The notes under the pieces are model-generated. The model made no database searches, had not been told where the DNA came from, and saw only the letters and a list, made by a program, of their open reading frames with translations. The position numbers and the translations under genes were made by a program. Positions 14,936-29,096 of a DNA stretch of 64,000 nt are shown here, one piece after another. Numbering within the stretch: position 1 is the first letter of the stretch; each line of letters opens with the position of its first letter. Origin of the DNA: the human T2T-CHM13v2.0 reference genome, Homo sapiens; assembly GCF_009914755.1 (NCBI RefSeq), contig NC_060929.1; one strand, written 5' to 3'.

Positions 14936-15055
14936 GTGGCTGCGTCAGCAGCACATATCCTAAAACTGGAATGAGGCAGAGGAGTTTAGCATGGCCCTTG
15001 CTCAAGGATGACATGGAAATTGATGAAGTATTCTATATTTAAAAAAAAAAAAAAA
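14936..15055 (+). pseudogene. U6 snRNA retropseudogene with poly(A) tail
   Basis: gtggctgcgtcagcagcacatatcctaaaactggaa...tagcatggcccttgctcaaggatgaca...ttctatattt aligns end to end with U6 (~105 nt). The ACAGAGA box is degenerate (gcagagg) and an A15 tail follows. Confidence 0.93.
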
Positions 15056-15093
15056 GAAAATTATATAATCTCAAACAAGACTACATATTTTAG

Positions 15094-15419
<326 letters not shown>

Positions 15420-17366
15420 ACATGTAATTTTTTAAAAGAAAATAGACTAATTAAAATATAACGTACTCTCTTAGCTTAGATTTTTCATTTTCTACTACTA
15501 CTTTGAGAGACCAAAATAGACAAAAAGGTAAAAACTGAAAGAGAGAAAACCGTTTTGAAAACATGTAGCTAGCCAGGTTTCCTGAGTGGACGTTGGCTGA
15601 CAGGAGGTGGAACTGGAAGCTTAAGTGCTCATTCTCCTAGAATAATCATTCAGGGTTTTGAGAGAGAAAGGATCCCTTTTTCTGAGAGGGCCCTTAACAT
15701 GTTAACACTTAACAGTGCTCCTGGGAATTAAGGAGCACAGATAATGAGAGAACAGTTATTGTTAGCCTGTGAGGATTAGGAATTTTGGGGGATTTGTTGG
15801 GACTATAACTTATGAAGAAAAATACCAAAGTGTAGTTTTGCTTACCGTTAATTTTGGTCATTAGAGAATATACAAAAATCCAGAATCCCACTGTCTACAT
15901 GAAGTCAGGTTCAGGAAAGAGCTTAAATGTACATGACAACTCAAGAGTATTTGGTTACTATCTGAAACAAAGATCAGTTGTCAAGTTAATTATTCTCTAC
16001 TAATTTATTAAGTAGATCACATTTATTTAATATGATATATAAGACATTATCAGGCACCATTGGCAACATCAGCAAATTTAAACTCTGCTTGTATTTTATA
16101 AGTATTTTTTATTTTCACAAATTTTGCATTTATGTTGGGAAGCCAAGCTAATGAACACTTTATGTGGAAATACCTACTTATCAAAACATTACTGAAAACA
16201 TCAGATCTAAACCACATTATTGCAACATACTGTGTCATGTTCAATTTTTTTTTTTTGCAGAGAGGGTTTGGGAAGTGGAGGACTAATAAGTGGAGTTACA
16301 ACTGGCTCAGTAGGAATAAGAAATAACATGCAGACTATTTCATCTCTATTGCAACCCATAATTTGGGTATGCCTAAGGGAATGCATTCTGCATATGAATG
16401 TCATCTGTATGTTGCAAAGGGAAAAGGGTGAGAACTAATCTAACTACAACTGACAACACAATTTGGAGTTCTTGGACCAGAATGCCATTCTGAGTCAGAT
16501 ATATGTCATATACAGTTTTCTAAGGGCACACAGAAAATCTATAACATTGCCTGATTCCCTTCATGGCCCATTATAAGTCTGTTACCTATCATTTTATTTA
16601 ATCAGCTTTTATTGCCTTTTGGGCATGGGTTTATATGTTTCATTACCTTGTCCTTTTAAAATCCTGTTGCATGCTTGGCAGTTATCACAGTCCTTGGAAT
16701 TTTAATTAAAGGGTTAATAAATTTTTGAATGAGTTATTACCCATTCTGAAGAAGTACCTCTTTTTGTTTCAACTTTGCTTTACTTTTGAATTTTTACCAA
16801 AGTCTGTGTTGACTTTATCTACTCTATTTATGATTATCTTTCTTACATGTAGGCTTTTTCTTGTCCCATATTCCTCATTTGATTAATGAAAAAGTTCTCT
16901 CAATTTAATCTGTATGTATATGGTAATCCTTACCTTAAGTTGAAGTATAAGCTTAAGAATGATGGACTTGTTTCTTGATATTTCTATGTTGTCCACGTTA
17001 ATATGCTAGTATTTAATAATTAAAAGTAGTGCCTCTTCAGTAGAGAAGAGTCATAAGGCAACTGAATTTAACCTCACTCTAACTGGACCAATTATATATT
17101 TTAAGTGAAATAGGCCAATCTAATTAAAGCCACTTGTGACTTTGGCAAATAAGTGTTTGAATTCCACGTCACATCAGGGATCCAGATTGAGTCTGACACC
17201 TATAATCAAATTTAAACACTCCTTGGAGTAAAAAATAATTTTCTCATGCACCATGACTGACGTATTTGCTTATTCATTTTCTTTATTGGTTCTTATATGC
17301 TTTTTTGCTTTTACTGATTAACGTAAATACAAGATATTGATACTTTTTTATTATTTGTGGTTTTAG

Positions 17367-17480
17367 TTTTCCTTACAAACAGATATGACCAGAAGGCAAT
17401 TGGAATATGAAGCAAGGCAAATCAGAGTTGCGATGGAAGAACAACTAGGTACCTGCCAGGATATGGAAAAACGAGCACAG
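17367..17480 (+). CDS. APC: APC coding exon 5 (c.532-645, 114 nt): FSLQTDMTRRQLEYEARQIRVAMEEQLGTCQDMEKRAQ
   Basis: ggttttag|TTTTCC ... GCACAG|gtaagt. Confidence 0.98.
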
Positions 17481-18339
17481 GTAAGTTACTTGTTTCTAAG
17501 TGATAAAACAGCGAAGAGCTATTAGGAATAAAATGAATTACAGCTCTGTTAATATTGATTAAATTTTATTAAAGACATAAGGCTGTGTTTATTTTGGCTC
17601 TATTTCAAAATAAGATTTATCATGGCTGCTGAGCAACATAATCAATATTCACGTAGTTGTGTCTTTACCATATTCATTTCCCCTGGTACTGTTCTGTTCT
17701 GCCTTGGAATTATAAGGGAGAGACAGAGTTAGATGGTGGTCTTCCGGTAGCTAATGACTAGCTTCAGTTCTCCTTTGAAATTTTTACTTCTTGTAATCTT
17801 AGACTGTATAAAGGCATTCAGAACATGTCACTGCTCTTCAAATTGTGCACTTAAAAAACCCTCATTCAAGGATAATAGGAAGGAAACAAAGAGAATTTTA
17901 GGAGAGATGAAGTAAGTTGTATGGAGAACATTCCCATATTTCTACCCTCAATGTCAAGAAAGAGTATTAGCTAGCTTTGCTATTAAGTATTTTTATATAT
18001 TATTGAATATAGCCTTTTTATATTCAAACAAGTTTATGACTGACTAATGTTTTAAAGCCCTGAAGAGGCCTTGCCAATTGCCTTATCTGTTTCAAAACTA
18101 GCGTGGGTTGTTGTTTTCTTTTTTAACTTTTGGGACAAATTGGGAGGAAAACATTTAAAGATTTTCTTTAAGTAAATATAGCAAATAAAAGCAGAGACCA
18201 ACATTTACATGGTAGTGATACACATACATTTTGTATTCTATAAAACATATTAAATAGTTTTAAAATGGCTACTGTAGGATATTTTACATTCCTTGAAGTA
18301 TAGTCTTTATTTTTTTTGTGACACTTCCTAAACATAATG

Positions 18340-18601
18340 ATTTTTTTTTTTTTTCTTGAGTCTCACCCTGTTGCCCAGGCTGAAGTGCAATGGCATGATC
18401 TCACCTGCAACTTCCGCCTCCTGGGCTCAAGCAATGCTCCTGCCTCAGCCACCTGAGTAGCTGGGATTACAGGCGTGCGCCACCATGCCCAGCTAGTTTT
18501 TGTTTCGCCATGTTTGCCAGGCTGGTCTTGAACTGCTGACCTCAAGTGATCCACCGGCCTCAGCCTCCCAAAGTGCTAGGATTTAGAGTCATCATGCCCA
18601 G
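18340..18601 (-). mobile_element. Alu, diverged; its 5' terminus is split by a THE1 LTR
   Basis: Antisense Alu ending catgcccag[LTR]cccagcc. Confidence 0.85.
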
Positions 18602-18958
18602 TGTATTAGTTTGTTTTCAGGCTTCTGATAAATACATACCCGAGACTGGGCAGTTTACAAAAGAAAGAGGTTTAAGGGACTTAACAGTTCTACGTGGCTG
18701 GGGAATCCTCACAATCATGGTGGAAGGCAAGGAGGAACAAGTCATGTCTTACATGGGTGGCAGCAGGCAAAGAGAGAGAGACTGACAGGGAAACTCCCAT
18801 TTTTAAAACCATCAGATCTCGTGAGAATTATTTACTATCACAAGAACAGCACAGGAGAGACCCACCCCCATAATTTAATTATCTCCCACTGGGTCCCTCC
18901 CACAACACATGGGAGCTGCAAGATGAGATTTGGGTGGGGACACAGCCAAACCATATCA
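18602..18958 (-). mobile_element. THE1 (ERVL-MaLR) solo LTR
   Basis: TG...CA termini (tgtattagt...ccaaaccatatca), 357 bp, 5-bp TSD CCCAG. Confidence 0.9.
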
Positions 18959-20087
18959 CCCAGCCTAAACATAATGTATATTCTATCTGTTTTGGAGTAT
19001 GGTGGAAGGCTAAGGTGCTACTAAAACACCAGTACCATACTACATTTCATAGTCCATACATGTTAGTTTCATAATGAAGGTTAAGATCATAATGAGGTTG
19101 GGGGCTTAACTAGTGTTTGTGTGCATGTGCATGTATGTGTACATGTTAGTTATAATACGTGTATATATCATTTTTTCTTACCTTCCCTCTTGCCCCTATC
19201 CCAGTCAGAAAGATTCATGACTTAAATGTCAAAAGTAAAACTTTAAACCTTTCAGTAGAAAATATACATAAGTATGTTTCTGATATTAGAGTAGGAAAGT
19301 ATTTCTTAAGAAAGACTTAAAACGCTAATGATAAAAGACCAATAAGTTTACTGTATTAAAATTAAGAATTTATCTTCAACAGGTACCTGAAAGAAAGTGA
19401 AAAGATAACTTACAAATTGGGAGAAGATATTTATTACCATATAACTGGCAAAGAACTAAAATCAAGAATATATAAATAACTTCTAAAAATACATTGCATT
19501 TTACATTTAGATTTAAATTTTAGATTTTCATGGAATTATTTTAAAATGTTAGGTTTATTTGTTTCAAAAAAACAAGTATTACTTTGGTTTATATGAATTT
19601 GCATTTTTAGAACATGAATATATGGGATACTGTAGACATAAGTTAGTTTTTCTGTGTCTGTTAATGTGAGCTTTTTTTTAGAGAGAGAGATCCTAAAAGA
19701 ACAAGATGTGATGGTAGTTGTAAAAATTCTTGTGCTATATAAATATAAGTAGGTGTATTCCAGACATTTTATATCCCTGAGGAGAGGTTAACTTGAGTTC
19801 TTTCTTGGCCATTTTGTTCACATAAGCGCTGATATTGTCATTCTTACTTTATTCTGGAATGCCGTATCCTTCATTTTGGTAGTTAATATTCTAAGGAAAT
19901 TTTATTCTGTATTTTGAGAAACATACGTGTTCATTTATTCTGGAAATAGTTATATGAAGGTTAAGGTTAAAGAAATTGTAAACAAGATAAAAAGGCAAAT
20001 AATGGAAATGTTGGTAGAATATATAAGAGATTTAATATCCCTACTCTACAAGGATCACCTACAAATCAATTGAAAATGGTCAACCAT

Positions 20088-20390
20088 GCCAGGCATGGTG
20101 ATTCACACCTGTAATTCTAGCACTTTGAGAGGCTGAGGCAGAAGGATCACTTGAGCCCAGGAGTTCGAGACCAGCCTGAGCAAGATAGCAAGACCCTGCC
20201 TCTACCAAAAAAAAAAAAAAAAAAGCTGAGTATGATGGTGCACATCTGTAGACCTAGTTACTTGGGAGGCTGAGGCTGAGGAGGATCCCTTGAGCCCAGG
20301 AGTTCAAGGCTGCAGTGAGCTACAATCTCACCACTGCACTCAAAAAAAAAAAAAAAAAAAGAGAAAGAAAGGAAAGAAAAGAAAGAAAAC
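20088..20390 (+). mobile_element. Alu (J-like) with A/GAAA tail
   Basis: Sense Alu consensus. Confidence 0.85.
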
Positions 20391-20566
20391 AGATAACCAA
20401 ATAGCAAAATAGTCAGAAGATGTGAATAGTTCCATCAGAAAATTAAGTTCAAGTGTCTAATAAACAATTGTGAAAAGATGCTTAAACATCACTACACATC
20501 AGGGAAATGTAATATAAAGTAAGGTACTATTTTTTTTTTGCCTATCAGCTGCCCGAAACTTTATAA

Positions 20567-20938
<372 letters not shown>

Positions 20939-21419
20939 AACATTGTCTGCCCTGTTCTTTTAAGAATAAATTGATACATTTTTGGAGGACAATTTGGCAT
21001 TATTTGCCAAAATTAAAATGCCTGTGCTCTATGACCGTGTGTTTCTATAGGACTTCTAGGAATATGTTGCGTACAGAAATACTTACTTTAGGGCAGAATG
21101 TAGATACATATTTTAAATTATTAAATGAATAGTATGCAAGCTATTATAAAATACCATACTGAGAATAGTGGGAATATGGTAGCCAAAGCACTCCTTTCCC
21201 TCCTAACTCCCTGCTTGGGTGATTCAGCAAGTGAAACAAGAACGGCCCTGGAAGAGGAGATCTCAGGAGGGTCTGAGGCTATGAGAAAAAATATGGGATC
21301 TCATTTGCAAGGGGAAGGAGTAAATAAGAATTCCAAATAAAATAAGAATAGAATGAAAGTTTTTAAACATAAGTATTACCACAAACCAGAAGCAAACCTT
21401 ATATTAAGAAAATAGTGAC

Positions 21420-21781
<362 letters not shown>

Positions 21782-22657
21782 CTATTTTTGAACTAGAAAG
21801 GAAGAGATTAAATAATTATTTGTAAATGATGTGGTGGTTTGCCTAGAAAAGCTATACAAAATGAACTAAAAAGTATTTAAACTAGTAAGAGAATTTAGTA
21901 AGGTAACTCAAGTTAAGATACATACAAAAATCAGCAATAACTACCAGTTAAAGGTGGAAATGGGGGTAGGAGGACCTGTTCACAGTAACAGGAAACTTTA
22001 AAGTAACTAGAAAAAGCCTGCATAAAGAAAAACATAAAATTGTTGAAGGACACTAAATTTTTTGGAACCTAGAAAAATGATTATAAAGTTTATAATGCAA
22101 GAATTTCCAAAAACATTTATGAAAGAACGCATAATTGAAGATTTACCTTACCATTTGTTAAAATCTATTGTGAAGATGTTGTAATAATCACAGTATGATA
22201 ATAGCACAGGAATAAATTTAGGCAAATGATAGAGACTAGAAAGAGGTACAGGAATATTTACAACCTTTATATGACAGAAGTTACATTATAAATTTTGGAG
22301 AAATTGATAAATTACTCAATAAATTATATAGGTACAACCAATGACCTGTTCAGAAGATGAGAAATTAAACCCTTACCTCACATCTTAAGAAAAGTTATAG
22401 GTTGATTAGCTATTCAAATGTGAAAAATAAATCTAAAATTAATAGAATAAAATACAGGCAAGAGATCTTCTTAAATATGAATGGAAACTCAAAAGCAATA
22501 AAGAGGAAGGAAAGTTGGGATTTATCTCATAACATTTTAAATCATTCATTGCACAAAAGATAAATTAGAAAAATACTTATAACACATAAAGGGGAAAATG
22601 GTAATATCTCTAAAATATAAGAATTCCTACAAATGAATAAGAAAAAGACAACCCTGT

Positions 22658-22823
22658 GTTTTTGTTTTGTTCAGAGAGGGGGTTTTGCTGGTTGCCCAGG
22701 CTGTAGTGCAGTGGCCATTCACAGGAGCAATCATAATACACTACAGCCTCAAACGGCTCTAGCAACCCTCCTTCCTCAGCCTCCCACATAGTTGGGACTT
22801 TAGGCGTGTACATCGCACCTGCC
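22658..22823 (-). mobile_element. FAM (fossil Alu monomer) / 7SL-derived SINE
   Basis: Retains the 7SL segment gcagtggccattcacaggagcaatc, which is absent from dimeric Alus. Confidence 0.75.
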
Positions 22824-23352
22824 TAACCCATGTTTTTTAATGGACAGAGGATGTAATAAGGCAGTTCATTAAAAAGATGGCAAATGACCAGTAAAACACA
22901 GATGACTAGTAAATAATTTAGGAAAACTCAAAATCCACTTGTGCCTACCTATGTGAGATTGTTAGTCTCCAGGTACCTCTTAACTGCATGGTTATTTATT
23001 TACTCTTACTTGTTCAGTGTGTATTTGGTCACCTAGTATGGTGGTACTTACCCTTCCATAGGCATGTAAGCAAAGGTTGGAAAAGTGCACATCAGTTTGT
23101 TAATAGAGCTTACTACTGGGATGTGGGAATTGGTGGGGTGAAGGTGTAAGTACACCTCTATATTGCCATAATTGATGATACTGTTTAATGTAGTTTATCT
23201 CCTCCCTAGTTGATGGACACTTAAGTTGATTCTAATTTTTCAGTTAAAAACAGCACATGTACCCTAAAACTTAAAGTATTAAAAAAGAAAACAGCTCTGA
23301 TAAACATACTTATTCATGTCTTGTAAACAAACATGCAAGAGTTTCTCTAGGT

Positions 23353-23885
<533 letters not shown>

Positions 23886-24949
23886 TAGCATATATATCTA
23901 AAAGCATAATTACTGGTCATAAGGTATGAGTGTTTTGAATGAGTGTTTGCCAAATTGCTCTTAAAGTAATCTTTTTAGTTTACATTCCTAATAGTAGTAT
24001 GTGACAATTCTTGTTTCTGTATGTCTTCTCCATCACTTGTGAGTCAGAATTTATCATTAACAATCAGTGGGTAGTGAAACATTTTGTCATCTTAAACTTT
24101 GTATTTTCCTGAGCTACTGAAGTTGAATCTCGAAAATATTTATTAGATTTTGGGGTTTTCTTTCTAAGTTACTTCCTCATATCCCTTGCTCATTCCCTAC
24201 TGTTAAATGTCTTGTTTTCATTTGTTTGAGAGATGTTTTAATATCCTCTTGATACCAATCCTTTGTAGATAATATACATCTCAATTCCTCCCCACCAAAT
24301 CTGTTATCTGTATTAGCCTCATAACAAAAATAAACTTTTATGATAGAGCTAAATTAGTTATATTGCCAGATTTATACATCTTTTCCTGTACTGAAGTCGT
24401 AAAGGTAATCTTCTATTAGCTCCTTAATTCATCTTGAGTTTGCTATTATGTATGTTGTGGAGGCAGGAATCTAACTTATATGTATATTACTTATATATGT
24501 GTGTATGTGTATTATACATGCACATGATTTATACATGTGTGTATATATAGTTATGTATAGTCATACATACATATATTTATGTTGTTAACTGAATTTCTCA
24601 TTATCATGTATTGGATACCGCACTAGTTCCTCATCGATGAGTAATGTCATCTCTTATCACATAACAAGTTTATATATGCTGGATATTTCTGGACTTTCTT
24701 CTGTTAGTCCACTTTAGCTTCTCCATGCCTGCACTGATACCACATTTTTTATTTGCTGCAGTTTTATAAATCTTGATATCCAGTTGGGTGAATCGTTCTT
24801 TGTTTTTAAAAATGTAGTATTCTGCCTTATTACTCTTGTCATGTAAACTTTAATGTCAGCTTCTAATTCAGATAAAAGCTTCATGGGCTTTTGATTAGAA
24901 TTACATTAAATTTATAGATTAAGGAGAAGTCAGACCTTCATAATATTTA

Positions 24950-25160
24950 GTCTTGGTTGAAAGGATGGACTCTGGAACCAGACCTTCTATATTCAAATCC
25001 CAGACCTGCCACTTAGCAACACCATGATCCTAGGTAAATTCTCTGCCTCAGTTTTCTTGTCAGTACAATACAGATAGTGATAAACTGTAAAATGTGAGGA
25101 TTAAATGAGTTGATATATGTAAAAGCACTCAGAACCTGGCACATAGTAAGCAAATTATTA
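24950..25160. mobile_element. MIR within degraded antisense L1M
   Basis: ggactctggaaccagac...ttcaaatcccag...tctctgcctcagttttc...aggattaaatgag..tatgtaaaagcact. Confidence 0.7.
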
Positions 25161-25807
25161 GGTATTCTTACTAATTTTATATCTCTCTATTCATTTAGGC
25201 TTTATTTTATATCCTTCAATAAGGTTTTGTCAAATTCTCCACAGGGGTCTTACATATCATTTAAAAAAGTTATTCCTAGATATGTTACAGTTTTTGTTGC
25301 TATTATAAGTGAGAATTTCTTTAATTATATTACTAAATTACATTTAAGTGAAAAGTATCCAGCAGTCTTCCTGAAATATTTTATTATATCATCGCCGGTT
25401 TAAGATTCTATACACTGTCATATTGTTCGCAAATAATGACAGTTTGTTTATCCTTTCCAGTCCTTACAGCGTTTTTTCTTTTGTTGTATTGTGTAAGAAC
25501 TCTAATACATCTTTGAATGGAAACAATGATAGTGGTCTTCTTTTTCTTGTCTTGACTTTAAAGGGAATTCTTCTAAAATTTCACAGTTAAGTGTGTTGTT
25601 TACACAGTTAAGTGTACCCTTTATCAAGTTAAGGGATTTACCTTCTATTCTAATTTGTGGAGAGTTATCCTGAATCTGTATTACTACTGCAGTTTTTAAA
25701 AATCACTTTTTTCTAAAGTCATATCAAGTCCATACTCCTGAACAGTTTGTTATTAAATATAACTTCACAAATATTCTTGTCATATAGAAAAAGGAAAGAA
25801 ATACTTA

Positions 25808-25964
25808 GTGGTTAAGCATCCTAATCCAAAAATCCAAATTGTGAAGTGCTGCAGTGAGCATTTCCTTTGAGCACCATGTGGGTGCTCCAAAAGTTTCCTG
25901 TTTTGGAGCATTTTGGGTTTTGGATTTTTGTATTAGGTATAGGGATTAGGAATACTCAAGGTGT
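25808..25964. mobile_element. Tigger4/MER46-like fragment
   Basis: ggttaagcatcctaatccaaaaatcc...ttttggagcatttt..ggatttt...gaatactcaa. Confidence 0.65.
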
Positions 25965-26424
25965 AGTGGCTTCTTCTATTTTCATATTAGAAACAGAAGC
26001 ACAAGGAATGTCATGTCAGAAACCATCCACCTCACTGGACATCAAGACATAGACATGACCTCAGTATTTAGTGAGATACTGGCAATATGGAAATGTAGTG
26101 TAAAACGGAGAGGAGTGGGAGATATAATTTCCTATTTTCATCCTCTAAATATTAAAAATTTTTATTTAGGCCTATATTGATGGAAGGGAGCTAATTATAT
26201 AGAAACTGATTATATAGAAAAGGAGGAAACAATCAAATTTAGAAATCCAGTAATTTTATGTAGCTTGGCTATTTCTCTAAAGCTAGGAAGTACTTGCCAC
26301 CTGGTTATGGAAATGATCACTCATCTTTGCAATATCTTTAGAAAACTAGCAAAAGTACAGGTACTTCTTCAGATGGTTTTCATACTGTGAATTGGACATG
26401 GTAAGATTTGTTACTTAAAGAATA

Positions 26425-26727
26425 TTTTTTTTTTTTTCTATTTTTTTGAGACAGTCTGGCTCTGTCTCCCAGGCTGGAGGGCAGTGGCACGATATCGCTC
26501 ACTGCAACCTCCGCCTCCCAGGCTCAAGCCATCCTCCCTCCTCAGCTTCCCAAGTCACTGGGACTACAGGCGTATGCCCTCATGCCTGGCTAATTTTTGT
26601 ATTTTTTGTAGAGACGGGGTTTCACCATGTTCCCTAGGCTGGTCTCAAACTCCTGAGCTTAAGCAGTCTGCCCACCTTGGCCTCCCAGTGTGCCGGGATT
26701 ACAGGCCTGAGCCACGGTGCCTGGCCT
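26425..26727 (-). mobile_element. Alu (J-like)
   Basis: Antisense Alu; flanking agaatattttttt duplication. Confidence 0.88.
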
Positions 26728-26892
26728 GAGAATATTTTTTTACCTTAAGTTTACTACTTTCAGAATCATGATAGAGACTCAGCTTAGTTATATTGTTAAA
26801 AAGAAAGAAAAGAGGGAGAAAATTAAGATAGATTAATTTGGGACTGTGAGCACAGCTTCTTGTTTTATTTGGGTTTTTTTTGGGGGGTGGGG

Positions 26893-27193
<301 letters not shown>

Positions 27194-27971
27194 CAGCGAA
27201 CACAACTTGAGTTTTCTGTTCTTTGTTTATCATAAGACTGGATGATAGCAGTAAACATTTTTACTATGGTAGTAAGAAAAGCATGAAGGCATTGTATTTA
27301 AGTAAAACTAGATGTGATCAAAGAGTAAGTTTTATAACTGCATGTATTTAAAGCTAATTGCCATAGTACTTTTATTATTTATCTGTTGGGGGTGATATTT
27401 GTTCCGAAATATTTTATTGATGGAGAACATAACTGAAAAATGTTTGGAAATACTCCATCTAGCTTCTAACACACACACACCCCTTATTGAAACAGTTTAC
27501 TTTTATAATATAATTTTTGATTTCTCAATATTAGGATGTCAATAACTATAGAATTATTACAGAAAATGGTACAACATTGTCAGTACTTGTTTTTAAAACA
27601 TATGTGTTTGATTTGTCATAAACTAGCTTTATGAGACATTTGCAAAGTCTTTATTCATAAGTGAGTTGTTTTTTCCACTTCCACTAGTATTCATAAAAGT
27701 TAAAATGAAGTCTAGCTTAAAAAACACACACACACACACACAATATATTCCCCACATTGTTTCCATTCCATGTGGTTCAATCTGTAGTTACTGCTTTGTG
27801 ACCAGTTGATGGTCTCCATATAGTGGAAAAGCAAAAGCTCTATCCTCTTTATGATCCTAGTGTTGGAGAAAAAATAATGTTTAGCCACAGTTAGGTACTT
27901 GGAAAGGCTGAAAAATACTACTAACTTATGACAGAAGTAACTTTGGGGAAGAGTTGGGCCTACTGTTTAAA

Positions 27972-28238
27972 CCAGGGGTCCCCAGCCCCCAGGCCACGAG
28001 CAAGCATTACCACCTGAGCCCTGCCTCCTGCCACCATCAGTGGCTGCATTAGGAGCATGAACCCGCTTGTGAACTGCACATGTGAGGGATCTAGGTTGCG
28101 GGCTCCTTATGAGAATCTTATCTAATGCCTGAGGACCTGAGGTGGAGCAGTTTTATCCTGAGACTTCCCCTGCCCCAGTCAGTAGACAAATTTCTTCCAC
28201 GAAACCAGTCCCTGGTGCCAAAAAGGTTGGGGACCCTG
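27972..28238. mobile_element. MER1B-like (Charlie3) hAT element
   Basis: TIRs caggggtcccc ... ggttggggaccctg; internal gtgaactgcacatgtgagggatctaggttgc. Confidence 0.8.
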
Positions 28239-28530
28239 ATATTTATTAAAACAAATCAGATGTTCTTTCCCTTTACTGGTATACTATGTTTATATAAATT
28301 TATTATATTGTATTAATGTCTCGATTAATATAAAAGATTAAATGCAGGTGTAATTTTCTCTTTGTTGAAATATTTTTTGAGAATAAATTTTCACAATGTG
28401 TATTGTGTCAATTTTCATAATTCATGCAACATACAATTTGATATATGACTTGTATTTCCAGTTTTACTAAGCAGATCTAGACATCTGTTGAATAAAGTCC
28501 AGTGTATTACAAAAAATTGAACTGACCCAG

Positions 28531-28880
<350 letters not shown>

Positions 28881-29012
28881 TTATATGTCTAGCTTTTTAA
28901 ATGAGAATGATTTGACATAACCCTGAGCTTTTAAGTGGTAGCCATAGTATGATTATTTCTATTAATATTATTAATAAAAACATAACTAATTAGGTTTCTT
29001 GTTTTATTTTAG

Positions 29013-29096
29013 CGAAGAATAGCCAGAATTCAGCAAATCGAAAAGGACATACTTCGTATACGACAGCTTTTACAGTCCCAAGCAACAGAAGCAGAG
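29013..29096 (+). CDS. APC: APC coding exon 6 (c.646-729, 84 nt): RRIARIQQIEKDILRIRQLLQSQATEAE
   Basis: ttttattttag|CGAAGA ... GCAGAG|gttagt. Confidence 0.98.

Noticed and set aside
14936-15040. Functional U6 snRNA gene
   Set aside because: It has many substitutions including the ACAGAGA box, carries a genomic poly(A) tail, and has no recognisable PSE/TATA promoter upstream.
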